Shown: positions 56,736-64,000 of the stretch, piece after piece | Layout: each line of letters starts with the position of its first letter | Numbering within the stretch: position 1 is the stretch's first letter | Source: Lysobacterales bacterium | GTDB taxonomy: Bacteria; Pseudomonadota; Gammaproteobacteria; Xanthomonadales; Rhodanobacteraceae | DNA length: 64,000 nucleotides | Direction of reading: 5' to 3' | Assembly: GCA_038207515.1 (NCBI GenBank) | Contig: JBBQZR010000028.1 | Coordinates: 2,308 to 66,307, forward strand | Notes under the pieces: generated by a model | Seen by the model: the letters and a program-made list of their open reading frames with translations, nothing else | What the model was told of the DNA's origin: nothing | Database searches by the model: none | Program-made: the position numbers and the translations under genes

Positions 56736-58520
56736 CTATTTCTGCACCGCGTATTCGGGTGAGTTGACGATGAGATACAGCGCTTCATGAACACGTTGGC
56801 GCAGGTAATTGGGCATGTCGCTGGTGATGCCGTCGAGATAGGAAACCAGGTGCGCGCGCATCCACGGCGACATCTGCCCCGACAACAGCAGCAGGTTGTA
56901 GCGGTCGACCAGCGCAGCCGGATTCGCCGCCAGCGCGGCATCGCGGGTGGTGTCGATCAGGATGCTGTTGGGCTCGGCGTAGGTCTGCCCGACATAGCCC
57001 CAGAAGATCTGGCTGCCCAGCGCATTGGTCTGCGCGGTGATCTGGCTCTCGGTGTGGATCTGCAGCTCCGGCGCCAGCAGTCCGCGCGTCGACAGCTCCC
57101 CGGGCGGGCTGTAGTCAGGTTTGAAAAAATTGAATACCGACGGCGAGGCGAGCGGAGCCTGGGCGTAGTCGAATTCCGGGTTCCAGTCCTGGAAGCGGCC
57201 GATCTGCGAGCGCGCCTCCATCGCCCGGCGCAGGTGCGCCAGACGCAGCAAGGGCTCGCGCACCTTGCCGAAGGTATCGGGGCGCGTATATGGCCCCAGG
57301 CGAGCCTCGGCATCGAACACGATTGCACGCACGACGGCGCCGAGATCGCCTCGCACGCCGCTGCCGTTGTTGTCGAACACGGCCGCTACGCGCGCGACAT
57401 AGGCGGGTGAAGGGTTGCTGCTGACCAAGCGCTGGATCAGCGCGCGTGCCATGAACGGACCAACGTTGGGATGCCGGAAGATGTTGTCCATCGCGGCAGC
57501 CATATCCGATCGGGCGTTACCGCCCGCGGGCAGTCGGCCATTCGGCAGCGCAACACCGGGGTAGTTCAGCAGCTGCTTGTAGCGCACGCCCGTGCCGTCG
57601 ACTTCCGGCCCCGCGGTGTCGTGCATGCTTTCGACCGGCTCCAGCGGCTGTTCCCAGTAGGCGCCATTGGGGCCCGGCTCGCAGTACTGCCAGTCCCAGC
57701 TATTGCCCTGGTCGCAGTTCTTCCAGTTCCATCCGGTGAACACGTGCGCGAAGCCGCGCACCGTGGTCTGGTTGTAGGTCGGAATGGGCTGCCCGCCGAG
57801 CAGCCGCGGCGTACCGTCCGGATTCAGCTCGACCAGACCGATGGAGAACAACTGCAGAACTTCGCGTGCGTAGTTCTCGTCCGGTCGGATGTTTTCCGCC
57901 AGATCGGGCTTGCGGTTCTTGAACATCGACAGGTAGTGGCCCATCGCCGGGTGCACGGTCACGTCTTCGAGCAGGTTGCGGAAATTGCCGAACGCGTGCG
58001 TGGCCAGCCGGTCGTAGTAGTGCGCGGCGGAACGCGTCTGGCCGCTGACGGCGCCGTTGACCTTGGAGATGACGAAGATCTCGCTCAGTGCAAAGGCCAC
58101 ACGCTGGCGCAGCTGATCGCGATGAATGAGGGTCGGCATTGCCGGATCGGGTCCGCCCAGGGCGCCAAGCCACCACGCTTCCATGCGGGCATTCTGGTAG
58201 ACCGGCTCGGGAATCGACGCGACCCAGTTCAGATAGTCCAGCTGGTGCGTCATGGGCACGGCCAGCTGTTCGTCGAACCACGCCCGGTAACCCATGGTGC
58301 GCAGATGCTGGATGTCCGGCGCGGTGGGCCCGAACGTGGTCTGGGCAAGGAATCGTGCCGCGTCGGTATCGCTGCGCGGACCCACATCCAATGCCTCGAA
58401 TCCGTGGTGAAACATCGGATCAGGCCAATGGCTGAGCGAATCCTGCGCCAGGGCATTGCTGCTTGCGATCAATAGCGCGATCGCGCCGATGTGGCACCGC
58501 AGCCGATTGGACTGATGCAT
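56736..58520 (-). CDS. DUF1800 domain protein
   Basis: AARFLAQTTFGPT, LRQRVAFALSEIFV, PDENYAREVLQLFSIGL, PSVFNFF.PDY. Confidence 0.93.
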   Translation of the reverse strand: MHQSNRLRCHIGAIALLIASSNALAQDSLSHWPDPMFHHGFEALDVGPRSDTDAARFLAQTTFGPTAPDIQHLRTMGYRAWFDEQLAVPMTHQLDYLNWVASIPEPVYQNARMEAWWLGALGGPDPAMPTLIHRDQLRQRVAFALSEIFVISKVNGAVSGQTRSAAHYYDRLATHAFGNFRNLLEDVTVHPAMGHYLSMFKNRKPDLAENIRPDENYAREVLQLFSIGLVELNPDGTPRLLGGQPIPTYNQTTVRGFAHVFTGWNWKNCDQGNSWDWQYCEPGPNGAYWEQPLEPVESMHDTAGPEVDGTGVRYKQLLNYPGVALPNGRLPAGGNARSDMAAAMDNIFRHPNVGPFMARALIQRLVSSNPSPAYVARVAAVFDNNGSGVRGDLGAVVRAIVFDAEARLGPYTRPDTFGKVREPLLRLAHLRRAMEARSQIGRFQDWNPEFDYAQAPLASPSVFNFFKPDYSPPGELSTRGLLAPELQIHTESQITAQTNALGSQIFWGYVGQTYAEPNSILIDTTRDAALAANPAALVDRYNLLLLSGQMSPWMRAHLVSYLDGITSDMPNYLRQRVHEALYLIVNSPEYAVQK

Positions 58521-59084
58521 GAGGGTTCCTCCCCGGACTGGCGGCGACAGTACCGGCGTCGCTACGGGCGCAGGCAGCAAGCCGCGCACTCGATCACATT
58601 CACCGCGACGAATGGCGCGTTGAGCGCGATCAGCGGACGCGTTCGCGCCGGGCAACCTGCGCATCGATCCGACCGGCGGTAGTTGACGCGCCGGCCTGGC
58701 GGCAGCGATGGCTCATGACCCCGGAACAGCCACGTCGTGATCGCGACCGGAGCCGGAATGACCGCTGCGCGGATGCGCGCGTCGGAATCGATGGACGCGG
58801 CCGGCGCCAGCAGCGGGAGCGCGTGTCGCCATGCGTCGAAGCTCAGCTCGAAACGTCAGCACTAGGCTGACGCTCATCGCCGAGCGGCGTGTGTGACGAC
58901 GCGCGCGGCGCATGGAACCGCGCCCTGAAACGACGACCGGAACCGTGCACGCTGCCGAAGCAAAAGCGGCAGACCACGCCGTACATCGGTCGCGCGTCGG
59001 GACATCCGGCGCGCGTCAAGCCAATGCCATTCGAACCTGACCGCATCAACCGGCCGCGCAGGAACCTGCGCGGCCCGCGACCAT

Positions 59085-61073
59085 TTACCAATGCACGCCG
59101 CGCATCAATGACGCAACCGCGATCTGCTCGTTGGTCGGCTGATCCAGTTCGGAACGGCCCGCCATACCCTTCGCGGCGGCGGAGTCCGGGAACAGGCGGA
59201 AGGCCGAGTTCATGATGATTTCGTAGGCGCGCGGCGCGAGCGAGTACAGGATGGACGCGAAGATGCCCAGGCGCGTGGCAATGCGTACGGGCCGTTCGAC
59301 GATGGCTTCGACGACGAGATCGGCCGCTTCGTCGGGCGACAGCGTCGGCACGTGGTCGTACATCTTGGTCGGCGCGATCATCGGCGTCTTCACCAGCGGC
59401 ATGTTGATCGTGGTGAAGTGGATACCGAGGTCCGAATACTCGGCTTGGGCGCAGCGCGAGAACGCGTCGAGCGCCGCTTTGGACGCGACGTAGGCCGAGA
59501 AGCGCGGCGCATTCGTCAGCACGCCGATCGAGGAGATGTTGATGATGTGGCCGCGGCGCTTTTCCGACATGCCCGGCAGAACGCCCATGATCAGCCGCAG
59601 CGCGCCGAAATAGTTCAGCTGCATCGTGCGTTCGAAATCGTGGAAGCGATCGAAGCTCAGCGCGATCGAGCGGCGGATCGAACGGCCGGCGTTGTTGACC
59701 AGCACGTCCACGCCGCCGTGATCGGCGACGACCTGCTTTACGAAGGCATCGCAGCTGCCCAGGTCGGACAGATCGACGACGTAGGTGAAGCAACTGCCGC
59801 CGGCCGCTTCGATCTCTGTCTTCGCAACGGCCAGTTCTTCTTCGCCGCGGGCGCAGATCACGACCTTCGCGCCGGCTGCGGCGAGCTTCAGCGCGACCGC
59901 CTTGCCGATGCCCGAAGATCCGCCGGTCACCACGACGACGCGGTTCTTGACCTTGCCGCTGAGCGAGTGGTCGATGAACAGGTCCGGGTCGAGGTGGCGC
60001 TCCCAGTAGTCCCAGATGCGCCAGGCGTAGTCTTCGAGCTTGGGCAGCTTGATCTTCGAGCCCTTGAGCGCGCGCTCGGTTTCGCGGCAGTCGAAGCGCG
60101 TCGGATAGTTGATGAACTTCATGACTTCGCGCGGGATGCCGAAGTCGCGCAGGATCATGTTGGTCATACGCTTGATCGGCGGCAGACTGCTCAGCGCCGT
60201 GCGGATGCCGCTGGGTATGAACGCGAACATGCGTGCGTCGAGACGCATGGTCATCTGCGGCGCATGGCCGGCGCGCGCGAAGATGTTCAGCACCTCGCCG
60301 ATGCGCCGCGGCGCCGGGTCGGTCAGGTGGAAACAGTGGCCGTCCAGCCCGGTCTTGTGTGCGATGTGGTCCATCGCCGCGGCGACCCAGTCCACCGGCA
60401 CGAGGTTCAGGCGTCCGCCTTCGAGGCCGATGGTCGGCATCCACGGCGGCAGCGCCTGGCGCAGTTTCTTGATCAGGCGGAAGAAGTAGTACGGGCCGTC
60501 GATCTTGTCCATCTCGCCGCTGCCCGAATTGCCGATCACGATGCCGGGACGGTAGATGCGCCAGGGAAGCGCGTATTCCTTGCGCACCAGTCCTTCGGAA
60601 TCGTGCTTGGTGCGGAAGTAGGGGTTGTCGAGGTCTTCGGCCTCGTCGAACATGTCTTCGCGGAACACGCCCGGATACAGGCCGGCCGCGGCGATCGAAC
60701 TCGTGTGATGAAAACAGCCGGCCTTGACCGCCTCGCCGAGTTCCATGGCGTGACGCGTGCCGTCCATGTTCGCGGCGCGCTGGCTCTCGGCGTCGGCGGA
60801 AAGATCGTACAAAGCCGCAAGGTGGAAAAAGTGCTGCACTTTGCCGGTCAGCGTCTTGAGCAGCGCCGGCGTGACGCCCAGGCGCGGCTTGGACAGATCG
60901 CCGGTGACCGCGACCAGCCGCTTGTCGTCGGCGCCGAGGCTTTCCTTGAGCTGCTCGAACTTGTCCGCGGAACCCTTGCGCACGAGGCAGTAGATCGTCC
61001 CCTTGCGCTCGAGCAGCTTGGCGACGAGATGACGACCGATGAAGCCGGTGGCACCGGTGACGAAATAAGTCAT
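59085..61073 (-). CDS. Two-domain SDR oxidoreductase (fatty acyl-CoA reductase type)
   Basis: N-domain TGATGFIG, Y..TK, YRPGIVIG; C-domain TGGSSGIG, NNAGRSIRR, YVASK. Confidence 0.9.
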   Translation of the reverse strand: MTYFVTGATGFIGRHLVAKLLERKGTIYCLVRKGSADKFEQLKESLGADDKRLVAVTGDLSKPRLGVTPALLKTLTGKVQHFFHLAALYDLSADAESQRAANMDGTRHAMELGEAVKAGCFHHTSSIAAAGLYPGVFREDMFDEAEDLDNPYFRTKHDSEGLVRKEYALPWRIYRPGIVIGNSGSGEMDKIDGPYYFFRLIKKLRQALPPWMPTIGLEGGRLNLVPVDWVAAAMDHIAHKTGLDGHCFHLTDPAPRRIGEVLNIFARAGHAPQMTMRLDARMFAFIPSGIRTALSSLPPIKRMTNMILRDFGIPREVMKFINYPTRFDCRETERALKGSKIKLPKLEDYAWRIWDYWERHLDPDLFIDHSLSGKVKNRVVVVTGGSSGIGKAVALKLAAAGAKVVICARGEEELAVAKTEIEAAGGSCFTYVVDLSDLGSCDAFVKQVVADHGGVDVLVNNAGRSIRRSIALSFDRFHDFERTMQLNYFGALRLIMGVLPGMSEKRRGHIINISSIGVLTNAPRFSAYVASKAALDAFSRCAQAEYSDLGIHFTTINMPLVKTPMIAPTKMYDHVPTLSPDEAADLVVEAIVERPVRIATRLGIFASILYSLAPRAYEIIMNSAFRLFPDSAAAKGMAGRSELDQPTNEQIAVASLMRGVHW

Positions 61074-61408
61074 TCGTTTCCCCTTGCGAAATCGCGCCCG
61101 CATCATGGCGCGCCTGGACGGGCGTGTTGCCCCGCAGCGATGAGCGACTAGCAATGAGCAGTGAGAGCAGGCGGCCGGCGCCTTCTGTCAGTGCTCACTC
61201 CTCTCCCCTCGGTTCTCTCCTTCCGGGGCATAAGATAGTCCTGCAACGGTGCGCTTTCCAAGCGGGTTTAAAACGACCGATTGATAGGCATGTTGATGGG
61301 CGTGTCGATGGCCCTGCCGGTCGCGTTGACCGCCCTGGGGTCGCGTGATACAAGCTCGCATTCACCGCACGCGCAGATGCGGGATACCGATCACCCCGAG
61401 AGCGAGCC

Positions 61409-61666
61409 ATGTCCGACCTGACCAGCAAATTCGAGGAAGCGGCGAAGCAGGCGATGAGCCTGCCGGAACGCCCCGATAACGACACGCTGCTGAAGCTGTA
61501 TGCGCTGTACAAGCAAGGCTCCGCCGGCGATGTGTCCGGCCCGAAACCGGGGTTCTTCGATTTCGTCGGCACTGCCAAGTACGAAGCCTGGGCAAAGCTC
61601 AAGGGCACCAACGCCGAAGAAGCGATGCAGAAATACGTGGACCTGGTAAAGAAGCTGGGCGGCTGA
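61409..61666 (+). CDS. Acyl-CoA-binding protein (ACBP)
   Basis: LLKLYALYKQG..GD, KYEAW..LKG...EEAM..Y. Confidence 0.93.
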   Translation: MSDLTSKFEEAAKQAMSLPERPDNDTLLKLYALYKQGSAGDVSGPKPGFFDFVGTAKYEAWAKLKGTNAEEAMQKYVDLVKKLGG

Positions 61667-61706
61667 TGCCCAACCTTGGGTTGCGCGGACTGCGCGGAGA
61701 TCGCTG

Positions 61707-62339
61707 ATGGCCCGACGTACGCGCGAGCGGATTCTTGAAACCGCCCTGGTCATGTTCAACTCCCAGGGCGAACCCAACGTCACCACGAACCACATCGCCG
61801 ACGAGCTGGAAATCAGCCCCGGCAATCTTTACTACCACTTCCGCAACAAAGACGACATCGTCGAGCAGCTGTTCACCGCGTACGAGACGCGCATGGACCA
61901 AGCGCTGCAGGTGCCGCAGGAACGTCTGCCCAACCTCGAAGACATCTGGATGCAGCTGCATCGCGTGTTCGAGTGCATGTGGGAATTCCGCTTTCTGTAC
62001 CGCGACCTCGTCGACATCCTCTCGCGCAACCGCAAGCTCAAGCTGCATTTCGGCCGCATGCTCAATCGCGCCGCGGCCAGCGCATCCGAAGTGCTCAAGG
62101 GACTCGCCCAGGCCGAGATCCTGCGCGCGACCGCCGACGAGATCCGCGCCAGCGCCGAGAACGTCCTGCTGCTGACCACGTTCTGGCTCAACTTCAATGC
62201 GGTGCGCAATTCGCGCGTCGATCCGAACCAGGAAGATCTGAACCAGGGCATCTACCAGGTCATGCTGCTGATCGCGCCGTTCCTGCGCGATGCGGAACGT
62301 CTGCATCTGAACACCCTGGCCCAGGCCTACCGGCGCTGA
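61707..62339 (+). CDS. TetR/AcrR family regulator
   Basis: TRERILETAL.MFN.QG...TT..IA.EL.ISPGNLYYHFRNK. Confidence 0.94.
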   Translation: MARRTRERILETALVMFNSQGEPNVTTNHIADELEISPGNLYYHFRNKDDIVEQLFTAYETRMDQALQVPQERLPNLEDIWMQLHRVFECMWEFRFLYRDLVDILSRNRKLKLHFGRMLNRAAASASEVLKGLAQAEILRATADEIRASAENVLLLTTFWLNFNAVRNSRVDPNQEDLNQGIYQVMLLIAPFLRDAERLHLNTLAQAYRR

Positions 62340-62491
62340 CGGTCGCGGGAAGTTCCGGACACGCGCTGGCCGTATCGCTGTTTTGTTCCGCCCTCAAACG
62401 CTGCAACCCGCCGCGCGCTTCGCGTGCGGACGGTGTGTTGCTGCGACCCGATTCCACAGGCCCGGACGAACTGCGCGTCCATCGCCATCGG

Positions 62492-63067
62492 TCACTCGCG
62501 CCGGCTCAACGCCGGCATCGCCAGTACGCGGCTGTGCTCGCGGATATCGTCGGGCCAGCCCGCGGTGAACTGGGCGAAACGCGCCGCATCGCCGGCGAAC
62601 AGCGCACGCAGCGCCTCTTCGAAACCGGGCGCGTCGCCAGCCATGGCGGTCATGAACCGGTGCGCCGATTCCTGAGCGCGGCGGCTGGCTCCACCGCTGT
62701 CGTTGTGGCGCGCCTGATCGATCAGGCGGCGCAGCGTGACCGACGCGCCGCCGCGCTGTTCAGCCAGCCATTCCCAGTGCCGCGGCAACAGCGTGACTTC
62801 GCGCGCGACCACACCCAGGCGCGGACGTCCCCGCGCCGGCGGCCCGCTTTCTTCCGCGACGGGTCGCAATCGGGCGATCGCATCGTCGGGACTGCCACGC
62901 CAGTCGATGTCGATGGGCTTGCTGGTTTCGGCATCGAACACCTGGATTTCGGTCACGGCCTCGCCCAGCTGTTCGTGGGCCGAGCGCGCGGCCTCGGCCA
63001 GTGGACCGGCCGCGATGCGGCGCTGGTGGTGGAAAACGATGCAATAGATCGGGCTTAGCGGGTGCAT
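62492..63067 (-). CDS. DUF2239 family protein
   Basis: RGRPRLGVVAREVTLLPRHWEWLAEQRGGASVTLRRL, MAGDAPGFEEALRALFA. Confidence 0.9.
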   Translation of the reverse strand: MHPLSPIYCIVFHHQRRIAAGPLAEAARSAHEQLGEAVTEIQVFDAETSKPIDIDWRGSPDDAIARLRPVAEESGPPARGRPRLGVVAREVTLLPRHWEWLAEQRGGASVTLRRLIDQARHNDSGGASRRAQESAHRFMTAMAGDAPGFEEALRALFAGDAARFAQFTAGWPDDIREHSRVLAMPALSRRE

Positions 63068-63312
63068 GACGGGCCTCCTGAAGTGGGCGAAATTTACCCG
63101 GATAATATTTGATCGTCAATATTGTCCGGGTGAAAATCTATTCACCGACGTCCCGTCTGTGCCCGCTGCTCACCCTCTATCGCACCGATGCCACAACCGG
63201 TAGGCTGCGCGCCCCGCCCCGGAGCCCAGCACTTGTGTGTGGGGCTTTGCAAAGGCGTAACCGACTGCTATTCTCGCGCGTCTTTTTGCAAGCTGTTTCG
63301 AGGAGCTATCCC

Positions 63313-63438
63313 ATGAAAGTACTGAATTCACTCAAGTCCGCGAAGCAGCGTCACCGCGACTGCAAAATCGTGCGCCGCCGCGGCAAGGTGTTCGTGATCT
63401 GCAAGAGCAACCCGCGCTTCAAGGCGCGCCAGCGCTGA
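63313..63438 (+). CDS. rpmJ: 50S ribosomal protein L36, type B (Zn-independent)
   Basis: [41 protein letters not shown]; AGGAG RBS. Confidence 0.97.
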   Translation: MKVLNSLKSAKQRHRDCKIVRRRGKVFVICKSNPRFKARQR

Positions 63439-63462
63439 GATCACGGCAGACGCCGTAGTTAC

Positions 63463-63486
63463 AAAAGGGCCGCTTGCGGCCCTTTT
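63463..63486. terminator. Bidirectional intrinsic terminator
   Basis: AAAAGGGCCG-CTTG-CGGCCCTTTT. Confidence 0.88.
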
Positions 63487-63596
63487 GCTTTTCCAGGGAT
63501 TCAAACCGCTTGCGGCATTTTTGCTTTTTTCAACTTGTCGCCCCCCCCCTCTTTGCTCAACGTCGTGACGCGTAGCGGTGCCTGATGCGCCATTGC

Positions 63597-64000
63597 CTAG
63601 GACACGGCGGGCCCTTGCGCGTCGAGCCATGCGCGCGGCGACAGCCCCACCTTCTGCGCGAATACGCGAGAGAGTGCGGTTGCGTTGGCGTACCCGAGAC
63701 TCAGTGCGATGGCCTTGACCGAACGGCCTTCCCGGAGCTGCGACTGAGCAATCGCCAGCCGCCAGTGGGTCAGGTAGTCCGCGGGCGTTTGCCCTACCAC
63801 CGTACGGAAACGGGCAGCGAACGCGCTGCGGGACATGCCCGCTTGCTGCGCCATGCGCTGCAGACTCCAGGCGTGTCCCGGCTGCTCGTGCACGGCGACC
63901 AGTGCGCGCGCCAGCCGTGGATCGGCGAGGCCTGTCAGCAGACCTGACGGCAATTCAGCGTGGTCCGGATGATCGATCAGCCAACGCAGCAGTTGCAGCA
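63597..64000 (-). CDS. AraC family regulator, C-terminal part (truncated by window edge)
   Basis: DPRLARALVAVHEQP...W.L..MA..AGMSRSAFAARF...VG.TP..YL..WR, LGYA..TALSR.F. Confidence 0.9.
   Translation of the reverse strand, partial: LQLLRWLIDHPDHAELPSGLLTGLADPRLARALVAVHEQPGHAWSLQRMAQQAGMSRSAFAARFRTVVGQTPADYLTHWRLAIAQSQLREGRSVKAIALSLGYANATALSRVFAQKVGLSPRAWLDAQGPAVS

Noticed and set aside
58713-58990. Small minus-strand ORFs between the reductase and DUF1800 genes
   Set aside because: Low-complexity Arg/Ala/Gly content typical of non-coding GC-rich frames; no RBS or motif support.
63313-63438. Type-B L36 as a sign of a zinc-starvation (Zur) locus
   Set aside because: No L31 paralog or Zur box adjacent; a Zn-independent L36 as the housekeeping copy is plausible and ordinary.

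Overview
GC-rich Gram-negative bacterial chromosome segment. Gene order (dapB-carA-carB-greA-rpfE-like-recJ-prfB-lysS) and the recurrent FxDGF[D/E] motif in secreted proteins suggest Xanthomonadales/Lysobacterales, probably Rhodanobacteraceae; this is inference. 1-17.2 kb is a long minus-strand housekeeping run with prfB carrying its programmed +1 frameshift. It is interrupted by two secreted ankyrin proteins, an O-antigen-ligase-like gene with a DUF11 protein, and a nested REP-like element. 17.4-23.6 kb holds a membrane-anchored wHTH/beta-propeller regulator, an M23-SH3-lectin-propeller protein and a multidomain glycoside hydrolase. 23.7-31 kb is a decayed accessory/defence hotspot. It contains a non-coding ~21-bp-periodic array, a c4-antisense-like RNA switch with promoter, target hairpins, terminator and two coupled small ORFs, an OLD-like ABC-ATPase/TOPRIM gene convergent with a Schlafen/AlbA_2 gene, nuclease remnants and a broken M13 peptidase. 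31-44.5 kb is mixed accessory material: a large propeller protein, an AraC/hydrolase/oxidoreductase unit, CHAD, an orphan pstS, SRAP, a Cys-rich mini-ORF and a DUF1036 lipoprotein. 44.6-54 kb is a TonB-dependent carbohydrate-utilisation locus with a divergent flavin-dependent halogenase and three LacI-type operators. 55-64 kb has the DUF1501/DUF1800 pair, a two-domain fatty acyl-CoA reductase, ACBP, TetR, DUF2239, type-B L36 and a partial AraC gene. No rRNA, tRNA, CRISPR array or intact transposase/integrase was seen. All family assignments come from motif recognition by eye; no database searches were run.
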